Position numbers and translations under genes: made by a program
NCBI GenBank assembly: GCA_963732385.1
Contig: CAVSZB010000007.1
Span: 96,001 to 160,000, forward strand
Source of the DNA: an uncultured bacterium
GTDB lineage: Bacteria; Krumholzibacteriota; Krumholzibacteriia; LZORAL124-64-63
Length of the DNA stretch: 64,000 bases
Direction: 5' to 3'
The notes under the pieces: generated by a model
What the model was told of the DNA's origin: nothing
Seen by the model: only the letters and a program-made list of their open reading frames with translations
Database searches by the model: none
Part shown: positions 48,531 to 57,037 of the stretch, piece after piece
Position numbering within the stretch: the stretch's first letter is position 1
How the letters are laid out: each line of letters begins with the position of its first letter

Positions 48531-50030
48531 ATGATGTCTATCTTAATATTCCCAGCCCCCGGCGATCGGTGCTTTCCGGCCTGCCGCATCGGAGTCGCGG
48601 GTCTATTCCTGATGTTGACCGCCGCCGTGGCGACGGCCCAGCCCGCCGCCCTTCCGCCGGCGTCGGCGACCGCCGATCCCTGTGTGGAAGGGGTGCGCCT
48701 GTTCCGGGGGCGCGATCTCCGGAGTGCCGAACCGCTCCTGCAGCGGTGCGTGGCCGAGCACCCCGCCGCCGAACCGCTCGCCTGCCTGGCGGCGATCGCG
48801 TCGCTCGGCGGGCGTTCGCAACAGTCCGGCGAGTACGCGGCGCGGGCGGTCGAACTGGACAGCACCAGCGTGGATGCGCGGTACTGGCTCGGGCGGGCCC
48901 AGATGGAGCAGGGGGACAAGGCCGCCGCCCAGCGGACCTGGGATGGCGGTCTGCGGCTCTCCACCGATCACGCCGGCATCCTGGAGGGACTGGCGCGGCT
49001 CGCGGCCGATCGCGGCGAAACGTCGAAGGCGTACAATCTCCTCGCGCGGATGGTGCGCATAGGCAAGGCGGAGGGTTGGACCCACCGGATGCTGGCCGAT
49101 CTGGCGCGGCGGCGGGGGTTGTGGGCGGACGCCCTGCAGCATTGGCGCGACGCCATGGCGCTCGACGGGGAGGACGCGGCCTCCCGGCGCACCGAAGTGG
49201 ACCTCGCGATTCTCGCCGGGGACACCGTGGCGGCGGTCAAGGCGGGACGGCAGGCACTGACCCTGAGTCCCGACGGCCCTGGCTACGGCAGCCTGGGTCA
49301 GGCGCTGTTCGCCGCACGGCGCTACGACGAAGCGGTCGGGGTGCTGCGCCGGGCGGTCGAGCTGGAGCCGGCCGAGCCGCAGCACCGCATCAACCTCGCC
49401 AATGTCCTTGAGGTGCTCGATCAACCCGAAGAGGCGGAGCAGAACTTCGCGCAGTACGTGAAGCTCCAGCCCTCGGATGCCCGTGGGCGCTTCAATTACG
49501 GTGTTCATCTGCAGAACCAGAGTCGCCCGCTGGAGGCGCTGACGCAGATCCAGGAGGCGGTCCGGCTGTCGCCAGGCATGCTGACCGCAAGGGTCGTCCA
49601 GGGGCAATTGCTGGAGCAACTCGGTCGCTATCCGGAGGCGCTGGCGGTCGTCGATACACTCATGGCCCGCGATCAAAATAGCGAGAACCGGGCTCAACTG
49701 AGAGCCTGGCGAGCCAACGTGGTGGGCAAGCAGCAGGACGACGCGGCGGCCTCGCAGGCCGGACTGATGCATCTGCTCCATATCGTGACCGCCGACACCG
49801 TGGCGGTGCGCCTCATCCGGCGCGATCTGCAGTCCGGACTCGATTTTGCGGCGCTGGCGACGCGGTACAGCAGAGGTCCGACCGCCGCGCAGGGGGGGGA
49901 CATCGGAAGGGTGGCGCCGGAGGATCTGGTGGAACCAATGCGTTCGGCAGTGCGCGTGCTCGCGTTAGACGCCGTCACGCCCCCGTTGGAGGCGCGCGGT
50001 CAGTGGCATTTTTTCAAACGCGTGCGGTGA
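48531..50030 (+). CDS. Exported TPR protein with C-terminal parvulin (PpiC) PPIase domain
   Basis: Hydrophobic stretch ending AVATA-Q, multiple TPRs, C-terminal HIV...DFAALA.RYS.GPTAAQGGDIG..., ending WHFFKR. Start uncertain. Confidence 0.8.
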   Translation: MMSILIFPAPGDRCFPACRIGVAGLFLMLTAAVATAQPAALPPASATADPCVEGVRLFRGRDLRSAEPLLQRCVAEHPAAEPLACLAAIASLGGRSQQSGEYAARAVELDSTSVDARYWLGRAQMEQGDKAAAQRTWDGGLRLSTDHAGILEGLARLAADRGETSKAYNLLARMVRIGKAEGWTHRMLADLARRRGLWADALQHWRDAMALDGEDAASRRTEVDLAILAGDTVAAVKAGRQALTLSPDGPGYGSLGQALFAARRYDEAVGVLRRAVELEPAEPQHRINLANVLEVLDQPEEAEQNFAQYVKLQPSDARGRFNYGVHLQNQSRPLEALTQIQEAVRLSPGMLTARVVQGQLLEQLGRYPEALAVVDTLMARDQNSENRAQLRAWRANVVGKQQDDAAASQAGLMHLLHIVTADTVAVRLIRRDLQSGLDFAALATRYSRGPTAAQGGDIGRVAPEDLVEPMRSAVRVLALDAVTPPLEARGQWHFFKRVR

Positions 50031-50039
50031 GTGGGTGGG

Positions 50040-50231
50040 TCAGGCAACCTTTTTGAAGCCGGGCGTGCGCAGGCAGCGCGTGCAGACGTAGCCGCGCTGA
50101 ACCCGGCCGGCGGCCTCGAACCTGACCTTCTGCAGATTCGGCAACCAGCGGTGGCGTGAGACGTTGTGGGCATGGCTGATACGATTGCCGTACTGCGGAC
50201 CCTTGCCGCAGACGGAGCAAATCCGGCTCAT
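50040..50231 (-). CDS. rpmB: 50S ribosomal protein L28 (Zn-ribbon form)
   Basis: [22 protein letters not shown]...RWLPNLQ...VCTRCLR; SD GGAGG. Confidence 0.96.
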   Translation of the reverse strand: MSRICSVCGKGPQYGNRISHAHNVSRHRWLPNLQKVRFEAAGRVQRGYVCTRCLRTPGFKKVA

Positions 50232-50271
50232 AGAAAGTCCTCCAGCTCCGAGTGGATATTCACGACCTGAT

Positions 50272-50300
50272 AATTTAGCATGCCGTCCGCGGCGCGGCAA
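50272..50300 (-). promoter_or_regulatory. sigma70-type promoter of rpmB
   Basis: Minus strand TTGCCG-N17-TAAATT with TG-n extended -10. Confidence 0.6.
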
Positions 50301-50335
50301 GGGTTTTCCGGCGAACAGCCGGAGGAGGGGCGATC

Positions 50336-52420
50336 GTGACAGGACCCCCGACCTGGGACACCCCGGTGCAGTTCCTGCGCACGGTCGGCCCTGTCCGGGC
50401 GCTCGCGCTGGCGCGACTAGGCATCGCCACGGCTGGAGATCTGCTGCGGCACTACCCCCGCCGCTGGTTCGATCGCGGCACCGTCACGCCGATCCAACGC
50501 CTGGCCGCCGGCAGGGAAGCCACGGTCGAGGGGGAGATCCTGACCGTTGGCGAAAGGCGCACCCGCCGGGGCGGTTCGCTCCAGACGATCACCCTCGCCG
50601 ACAGCACCGGCCACCTTCTCCTCGTCTGGTTCAATCAGGGCTATCTGCTGCGCCAGTTGCGTCCAGGCCTGAGAATGATGTGCAGCGGCCTGGTGCAGAC
50701 CCATACCGGGCGGCCGCAGTTCATCCATCCCGACTGGGCCCTGATCGGCGGGGAGGAAGATCCTCTGCACACCGGCCGACTCGTGCCGCAGTACGCGCTG
50801 ACGCAGGGGCTCGGACAACATTGGTTGCGGCACCTCATCCACGACACCCTGACGGCGCTGCTGCCGGGACTCGGGGAAACTCTGCCCGCGGCCCTGTGCC
50901 GCCGTCGCTGCCTGAGCGGGCTGGGCGAGGCGCTGCGCGGGATCCATTTTCCGGCCACGCCTCAGGAGCGCGACGCAGCGCTGGGACGTCTGGTCTACGA
51001 GGAGCTGTTCCTCGTGCACCTGGCGATGACGCTGCGGCGGCGCGGCCTGACCGCGCGCGAGGGGATACGGCTGGAGAAGCCGGGCGACCTCACTCGCCGG
51101 CTGGTGGAGGGGTTGCCGTTCCGTCTGACCGCGGCGCAGCGACGGGTGCTGGCCGAAATCCTGGCCGACCTGCGCTCGGGCCGCCCCATGCATCGGCTGC
51201 TGCAGGGGGATGTCGGTTCCGGCAAGACCATCGTGGCGCTCGTGGCCGCGCTGTTCGTGATCGAACAGGGCTGGCAGGCTGCGCTCCTGGCGCCCACGGA
51301 GATCCTCGCCGCGCAGCACGGGGCCACGCTCACCCGCCTGGCCTCACCGCTCGGGGTGACCGTGGCGTCGTTGACCGGCGGCACGCCGGCGGCCGAGCGG
51401 CGGGCGGTGCTCAACGCCGCGACCCGGGGCGAGATCGACCTCCTGATCGGCACGCACGCCCTGCTGCAGGCCGATGTCCGCCTGCCGCGCCTGGCGCTGA
51501 CCATCGTCGACGAGCAGCACCGGTTCGGGGTCGCCCAGCGCGGCCGCGCGGCAGCGCCGACCGCCGGTGGGGCGCCGCCGCACATGCTGGTGATGAGCGC
51601 AACGCCGATCCCGCGCAGCCTCGCACTGACGCTTTACGGTGACCTTGACCTCTCCTGGCTCGACGAACTTCCGCCGGGACGCCAGCCGGTCGCCACCCAC
51701 ATCCTGACGGCGGAGCGGCAGGAAGAGGTCCACGCGCGACTCGTGGCGGAGCTGGGGGCCGGGCGGCAGGCCTATGTCGTTTTTCCGGTCATCGAGGCGA
51801 CGGCCGGTGGCGATCTGCGGGCTGCGAAGGCGGAGTACGAACGACTTGCCGCGGGTCCGTTCCGGGCCTGGCGCGTCGCGCTGCTGCACGGCCGCCTGAA
51901 GCCGCGCGAAAAGGCGGATGTTATGGCGAGGTTCGCGGAGGGCCGGCTCGACCTGCTCGTGGCGACCACTATCGTGGAGGTGGGGCTCGACGTGCCCAAT
52001 GCCACGGTGATGGTGATCCACCACCCCGAGCGTCTCGGCCTGGCGCAGCTCCACCAGCTGCGCGGGAGGGTGGGACGCGGCGCCACCCGGGCCGACTGCT
52101 GGCTGCTGACCGACCCCTGGGCGGCTCCGGAGACCCGTGAACGGATCGCTTTCTTCGCCGCCCACACCGACGGTTTCGCCCTCGCCGAGGAGGACCTGAG
52201 GCGGCGTGGGCCGGGGGAACTGCTCGGCACGCGCCAGCACGGCGCGCCGGGATTCCGCCTGGCCAATCCGCTGCGCGACGCCGCCGTGGTGCGGGCCTGC
52301 GCGGACGACGCGGCGGCCCTGCTGGCGGCCGACCCGGGTCTCGCCTCGCCGGACGGCGAACGCCTGCGGCGGGCGCTGGCCGGGGGCTTCAGCCACCTCC
52401 TGCCGCCAGCGGCCGGTTGA
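50336..52420 (+). CDS. recG: ATP-dependent DNA helicase RecG
   Basis: [55 protein letters not shown]. Confidence 0.97.
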   Translation: MTGPPTWDTPVQFLRTVGPVRALALARLGIATAGDLLRHYPRRWFDRGTVTPIQRLAAGREATVEGEILTVGERRTRRGGSLQTITLADSTGHLLLVWFNQGYLLRQLRPGLRMMCSGLVQTHTGRPQFIHPDWALIGGEEDPLHTGRLVPQYALTQGLGQHWLRHLIHDTLTALLPGLGETLPAALCRRRCLSGLGEALRGIHFPATPQERDAALGRLVYEELFLVHLAMTLRRRGLTAREGIRLEKPGDLTRRLVEGLPFRLTAAQRRVLAEILADLRSGRPMHRLLQGDVGSGKTIVALVAALFVIEQGWQAALLAPTEILAAQHGATLTRLASPLGVTVASLTGGTPAAERRAVLNAATRGEIDLLIGTHALLQADVRLPRLALTIVDEQHRFGVAQRGRAAAPTAGGAPPHMLVMSATPIPRSLALTLYGDLDLSWLDELPPGRQPVATHILTAERQEEVHARLVAELGAGRQAYVVFPVIEATAGGDLRAAKAEYERLAAGPFRAWRVALLHGRLKPREKADVMARFAEGRLDLLVATTIVEVGLDVPNATVMVIHHPERLGLAQLHQLRGRVGRGATRADCWLLTDPWAAPETRERIAFFAAHTDGFALAEEDLRRRGPGELLGTRQHGAPGFRLANPLRDAAVVRACADDAAALLAADPGLASPDGERLRRALAGGFSHLLPPAAG

Positions 52421-52507
52421 TCCAGCCATTCCCCTCAAGCCGGTGGCGCGTGGGACGATAAACCGTCCGGAAAGGAGCCGTACGCGTCCTCGCACTACGG
52501 CTACAAC

Positions 52508-52894
52508 ATGCGTCGACTGGCTCTTGATGATATGCCGTGCGGTCTGACCGTCGCGCGCGCAGTCCGCAACGCGGCCAACACCGTCCTGCTCGAGCGGGGC
52601 GTGGTGCTGGATGCGCGGATGATCGGCTGCCTGCGCTCGCTCGGGGTCAGCCACGTCTACGTCCATCCCGATCGCAGCGCGGACCCCCCCGACGCTCTGG
52701 AGCAGGCGGTCCGCGAGGAGGTGACCCGGCGCCAGGAGCGCCGTTTCGGCGATGTCTCCGGTGATCCGTATCGGGCGGCCCTCATGGCCGCCACGATCGA
52801 GATCAAGGTCGGCGAGCGACTTGCGGCAGGGGTCTTCCCGCCGGCGGATCGCGAGCCGGTCGCCGCGCCATCCGGGGGGGGGGCCGATGCGTGA
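52508..52894 (+). CDS. Small protein resembling the N-terminal accessory domain of HD-GYP/HDOD proteins
   Basis: G.TVAR.V.N....VLL..G..L....I..L...GV..VYV pattern; overlaps the HDOD start. Confidence 0.6.
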   Translation: MRRLALDDMPCGLTVARAVRNAANTVLLERGVVLDARMIGCLRSLGVSHVYVHPDRSADPPDALEQAVREEVTRRQERRFGDVSGDPYRAALMAATIEIKVGERLAAGVFPPADREPVAAPSGGGADA

Positions 52895-53801
52895 TCGCGT
52901 GCACGATCTGACCCGACGGATCCACGACCTGCCGACCCTGCCGGCCGTCTATCAGCAGGTCGAGGCGCTGACGCGCGATCCCTCATCGTCGTCCGCGCAG
53001 CTGGCGCAACTCCTCTCCCGGGACCCGGTGCTCACCGCGCGGCTGCTGAGGGTGGTCAATTCGGCGCGTTACGCGCTGACCGAACGGGTCACGACCGTCT
53101 CCCGGGCCATCAGCATCCTCGGGCACCGCACTGTCCGGGACACCGTGCTGGTGACGTCGGTCCTGAGCCTGCTGCCGAATGAGCCGCGGCGCCGGGATCT
53201 CGCGGAAGCGTTCTGGCGCCACGCCATCGCCGTCGGCTCGGCCGCGCAGGTCCTGGGGGCTCCGAACGGGGGACCGGCGGCGGAGGAATTCTTCACCGCC
53301 GGCCTGCTGCACGATATGGGCAAGCTGATCTGGCTGCGCTTCTTCCCCGATGATCTGCTGGCCATGCACGATTCGGCCGCGTCCGCCGGCATCACGCTGC
53401 TCGAGGCCGAACTGGCGATGGCGGGCACGACCCACGTCCGACTCGGGCGGATCCTGGCGCGTCGCTGGCGGCTGCCGGAGATTTACCAGGATGTGATCGG
53501 GTTCCACCACGAGGTGGGGGGCGGGACCGGCAACGGGTCGATCTGCTTCGTGGTGCAGCTGGCCGATCTTGTTGCACATGCGCTGGAACTTGGCTGGCCG
53601 TCGCCGCTGGGGTTGCCGGCCGTGCAGCCGGAGGCGTGGCTCTCCCTGCGCCTCGATCCGGAGGTCCTGCCGGACATGCTCGAGGCGGTCCAGGCGGAAT
53701 TTCAGGAGAATATCGAACTGTTCCCGCTATTCACGAACGACGGCGCCGCCGAGGCGTCGGGAGGCCGGGAGGCGACGCCGGCGCCGGCGCTGGCGGGTTG
53801 A
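52887..53801 (+). CDS. HDOD domain protein
   Basis: LPTLP, DPVLTARLLRVVNS, FWRH, AGLLHDMGK, H..LG..LA.RW.LP, HH. Confidence 0.9.
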   Translation: MRDRVHDLTRRIHDLPTLPAVYQQVEALTRDPSSSSAQLAQLLSRDPVLTARLLRVVNSARYALTERVTTVSRAISILGHRTVRDTVLVTSVLSLLPNEPRRRDLAEAFWRHAIAVGSAAQVLGAPNGGPAAEEFFTAGLLHDMGKLIWLRFFPDDLLAMHDSAASAGITLLEAELAMAGTTHVRLGRILARRWRLPEIYQDVIGFHHEVGGGTGNGSICFVVQLADLVAHALELGWPSPLGLPAVQPEAWLSLRLDPEVLPDMLEAVQAEFQENIELFPLFTNDGAAEASGGREATPAPALAG

Positions 53802-53858
53802 CGATGATCCGGCGCGTGCGCCGGTGAAGACATCGCTGAGGCGAGGGAGGTTCTTTCC

Positions 53859-54494
53859 ATGATCACGACCTGTACCGGATGTCAGACCCGTTACCGCCTG
53901 GACGACGGCCGAGTGCCGCGGCGCCGGATCCGGGTGCGCTGCCCGCGTTGCGAGGCGGTCTTCGCCCTGGACGGGACGCAGGCGGCGGCGCAGGTCGCGC
54001 CGGCCGAGGACGGGCTCGTCATCGAGCGCTCCGGAGGGGGTCTGTTCAGCGCTCCGCCGGCCTCCGCGGCGGCAGTGGAGATGCCACGCCCCGTTCCTCA
54101 TCCGCAATCGTTCCCGACTCCTGCGCCGGCCGCGGCTCCGGCGGGCGCTTTCGCGACCGCGCGGACGACGACGGTCTCGACCGCCGCGGTGGCCGAGCCG
54201 GCGGCTCCGGCCGCCGATCCCGAGGCTCCCGGCGATCCGGGCGGCCGACCGCGCCGCGATCGCGACAAGGCCCGCCGCCTGGCGCGCGCCCTGGTGTCCG
54301 ACATCCTGGTCTACAACCGCGAATCGCGCGACCGGGCCATGAAAGAGGGCAACCTCATCCAGGCGCTCGGTCCTGAAATCAAGAAGTCGTGGGAGTTGTA
54401 CAAGGAGCGGGTCACCCCCGAGGTGGCCAACAGCACTTCGCATTTCCGGGACGCCCTGAACGAGATCCTGGCCGAGGGGCAGAAAGTCTTCTAG
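53859..54494 (+). CDS. Zinc-ribbon (MJ0042-type) protein with Pro/Ala linker and RomX-like C-terminal domain
   Basis: CTGC...VRCPRC N-terminus; C-terminal ARRLARALVSDILVYN...EI.KS.ELYKERV...F.DALNEIL. SD GGAGG. Confidence 0.8.
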   Translation: MITTCTGCQTRYRLDDGRVPRRRIRVRCPRCEAVFALDGTQAAAQVAPAEDGLVIERSGGGLFSAPPASAAAVEMPRPVPHPQSFPTPAPAAAPAGAFATARTTTVSTAAVAEPAAPAADPEAPGDPGGRPRRDRDKARRLARALVSDILVYNRESRDRAMKEGNLIQALGPEIKKSWELYKERVTPEVANSTSHFRDALNEILAEGQKVF

Positions 54495-54514
54495 GACGGA
54501 AGGAGCAGGCCGGG

Positions 54515-55384
54515 ATGGATCAATCCGCCCCGGAAGCCCTCACCTTCGGGCTGTCCACGCGCGCGTTGGCGGAGCTCAAGGGGCTCGCGCCGGCCGAGGG
54601 GGACCGTCTGCGTCTGGCGTTGGCCGGCGAGGACCCGGTGCTGGCGCCCGATGATCCGGGTGAGCGCCTCTGTGCGCTGCTGGTTGCTGCCGAGTGCGGC
54701 GGGGAAATCCCGCCGGCGCTGGTGGCCGCCATACGCGAACACCTCGACGGCGGTCGCTATCTGATCGCCCTTTCGAGTCGCGGCGGCGCCGCGACCGGCG
54801 GCGGCGGTGAGTGCGTCGCGGGGACTGACGGAGCGATTGCGAACGGAGAAACGTTCGGTCCGGCCGGCGGGGAGACCGGCGCCTTCCGTGAGTTCCTGGA
54901 TCGCTGGCGCTTCGAACGTATTTTCCGCACTGCACCGCAACTGGCCGGCTATGGACGGGCCACGCTCGAACTGACCATTCCGAACGAAGAGGCCCTCATC
55001 CCGGGACTGAGTCATACCGTGGGGCTGCTGCTGCGGGAGTTCGGATTCGCCCAGGACGACTGGATGTCCACCGTGCCTCTGGTGCTTGACGAGGTGCTGA
55101 CCAACGCCATGCGCCACGGCAACCAGGGGGTGCCGGGAAAATGCGTGCACGTCAGTGTCGTCATCGACGCCGAGATGCTGCGCGTGACCGTCACCGATGA
55201 GGGAGAGGGCTTCCAGCGCGAAGGCGTGGCCGATCCCCGCCAGGGTGACCGCATCTGGCGCACGGGTGGGCGGGGACTGTTTCTGATCGAGCAGTTGATG
55301 GACGAAGTGTCCTACCGCGACGAGGGGCGCACCGTCGATCTCGTCAAGCACAATCGTGCCGTCAGCTCCCCTTGCCTCGGCTGA
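54515..55384 (+). CDS. RsbW/SpoIIAB-like anti-sigma Ser/Thr kinase (HATPase_c_2) with N-terminal extension
   Basis: EVLTNAMRHGN, DEGEGF, GGRGLFLI..LMDEV.Y; SD AAGGAG. Confidence 0.85.
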   Translation: MDQSAPEALTFGLSTRALAELKGLAPAEGDRLRLALAGEDPVLAPDDPGERLCALLVAAECGGEIPPALVAAIREHLDGGRYLIALSSRGGAATGGGGECVAGTDGAIANGETFGPAGGETGAFREFLDRWRFERIFRTAPQLAGYGRATLELTIPNEEALIPGLSHTVGLLLREFGFAQDDWMSTVPLVLDEVLTNAMRHGNQGVPGKCVHVSVVIDAEMLRVTVTDEGEGFQREGVADPRQGDRIWRTGGRGLFLIEQLMDEVSYRDEGRTVDLVKHNRAVSSPCLG

Positions 55385-55802
55385 TATCCGTCAGGATGGC
55401 GTCGATGTGCTGACGGATGCGGGTGTTCTGATCCGGTTCGAAGAGCGCCTTCCGCACCCGCCCGTCGGAATCCTTCTTGAGGTACCGCAGCGATTGCAGG
55501 TCGGTCATGGGCATCAGGATGTCCTTGGAGACCTTGACCTCGATGGTCTCCCCCTCCTGGTTGCAGCCCGGATTGTTGAACGGGTGCATGCCCATGCCCC
55601 AGCCGTGGACGATCATCGAGCAGACCAGAGCGCGGAATGTGTTCTGACCCTGGACAGTCTCGAGATCGAGGTTGTCGCTCAGGCGGTCCATCACGCCGTC
55701 CACCATGAGCACCAGCTTCTCGACGACCGTGGGGTCGATCTCCATCTGCAGCAGCCGGGTGAACATCGCTTTGAGAATCCGGTCCGTATTGGTGACGGTC
55801 AT
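55362..55802 (-). CDS. Hypothetical protein (146 aa)
   Basis: GGAG 8 nt upstream of ATG, G/C-ending codons, globular-type composition, upstream sigma54 motif. No family recognised. Confidence 0.7.
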   Translation of the reverse strand: MTVTNTDRILKAMFTRLLQMEIDPTVVEKLVLMVDGVMDRLSDNLDLETVQGQNTFRALVCSMIVHGWGMGMHPFNNPGCNQEGETIEVKVSKDILMPMTDLQSLRYLKKDSDGRVRKALFEPDQNTRIRQHIDAILTDISRGKGS

Positions 55803-55941
55803 GCCATTCGCTCCGAGGTCCGGGGGGTGGGGGGCGCCGCGAACGCGCGGCGGTTCGTCTTTCAGTATCGCGCCCGGCGGCCCACGCTTGAGTCGTCTTC
55901 ACGGCGACCGCGAGCGGCCCGCGCCGGGCATCGTTGCTGTA

Positions 55942-55958
55942 TGCAAATTGCCCGCCAA
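55942..55958 (-). promoter_or_regulatory. sigma54 (-24/-12) promoter for the 146-aa gene
   Basis: Minus strand TTGGCGGGCAATTTGCA (GG-N10-GC, TTGCA). Confidence 0.6.
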
Positions 55959-55997
55959 ATGGGAACAAGGCCACGGACAATTTCGCAAACGGCGCAA

Positions 55998-56010
55998 TAT
56001 CAGTCGGTTA
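55998..56010 (+). promoter_or_regulatory. IHF-binding site
   Basis: TATCAGTCGGTTA matches WATCARNNNNTTR, in an AT-rich patch between two sigma54 motifs. Confidence 0.55.
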
Positions 56011-56024
56011 ATGATGCTGGAGGA

Positions 56025-56040
56025 AGGCACGGCGCTTGCT
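56025..56040 (+). promoter_or_regulatory. sigma54 (-24/-12) promoter for the MglA-like gene
   Basis: AGGCACGGCGCTTGCT (GGCAC-N5-TTGCT), 30 nt before ATG 56071. Confidence 0.7.
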
Positions 56041-56070
56041 TTACGATTCGGTGATGAAAGGCCCCTGCAC

Positions 56071-56958
56071 ATGATGGACAGCCACTCGACCACCGCCGTC
56101 TCCTCACCGGCCCGCACCTGCCGCGTCCTCTTCTTTGGACCGTCCGGGAGTGGCAAGACGGCGAATCTAATCCAGATCGCCAGTTGCGTGCCGCAGGAGT
56201 TCCGGGTGCCGGTCGCGGCGACGGGGGGGGGCGAGCGTTTCAGCTTCCGCGTGGATGCCGGCGATCTCGGTCCCTGGATCGTCGAGGCGGTGGTTGCCGA
56301 TGCCGCGGCGGTGGGCGTCCCCGTGGCCGCCGGGCGCGGCTTCCCCTTCGACGGTGTGGTTTTCGTGGCCGACTCCAGCGCCGACCGTCTCGATCTGAAC
56401 CTGAGCGCGATCGAGACGTTGAAGACCGATCTCGAGGCGGGCGGGTACGATCTCACCTCTCTGCCGATGGTGATCCAGTACAACCACCAGGACGCTCCGG
56501 GGCGCCTGCCGGTGGATCGGCTCGAGAGCCTGCTCAATCCCTGGGGCATGCCGTCGTTTCCGGCCATCGCGGCCCAGGGGGTGGGGGTACGCGAGACTCT
56601 GCGCGCCGTGCTCGGGCTGACGATGCGTCAGCTCGATCGCGCCGCCGCCGCGCCCGCTGAAACCGACGGGCCCGGATCCGGTTGTGACCATGCCCCGGCC
56701 GCGATGCCGGCGCCAGCGTCCGCATCGCCGGCGCCAGCGGCAGCGTTTTCGCGGGCGGTCTCGGTGCCGGCGCCCGCGGTGGGCGATGACCGGGTGCTCC
56801 GCATCGAACCGGAGGAGCGGGGCGAGACCATGTTCGCCACCCGCCGTCCTCCCATCGTCGTCCCGGTGCGGGTGCCGCGCTCGTTGCTGGAGCGCTACGG
56901 CACGGTGCGGATCGTGCTCGAGTTGGAAGTGGACGGTCGCGGCCCCGGCGTGGATTGA
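56071..56958 (+). CDS. Degenerate MglA-like small GTPase with C-terminal extension
   Basis: VLFFGPSGSGKTANL (P-loop), DGVVFVADS, LPMVIQYNHQD, FPAIA.QGVGVRETL follow the MglA pattern; G3/TVPGQ is absent. Confidence 0.75.
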   Translation: MMDSHSTTAVSSPARTCRVLFFGPSGSGKTANLIQIASCVPQEFRVPVAATGGGERFSFRVDAGDLGPWIVEAVVADAAAVGVPVAAGRGFPFDGVVFVADSSADRLDLNLSAIETLKTDLEAGGYDLTSLPMVIQYNHQDAPGRLPVDRLESLLNPWGMPSFPAIAAQGVGVRETLRAVLGLTMRQLDRAAAAPAETDGPGSGCDHAPAAMPAPASASPAPAAAFSRAVSVPAPAVGDDRVLRIEPEERGETMFATRRPPIVVPVRVPRSLLERYGTVRIVLELEVDGRGPGVD

Positions 56959-57001
56959 ACCGTCCGCCAGCGGCGCTTGCAGGCCGCCGAAGGTGTCGCG
57001 G

Positions 57002-57030
57002 TTGACCCGCCGTTCTGTCTCGCTTATCCT
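57002..57030 (+). promoter_or_regulatory. sigma70-type promoter, probably giving a leaderless mRNA
   Basis: TTGACC-N17-TATCCT, 7 nt before ATG 57038; no SD. Confidence 0.6.
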
Positions 57031-57037
57031 CTCCCAC

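Noticed and set aside
56223..56231. G9 tract as a frameshift explaining the missing MglA switch motifs
   Set aside because: P-loop and downstream motifs are in the same frame, and no TVPGQ-like motif was seen in the alternative frames.
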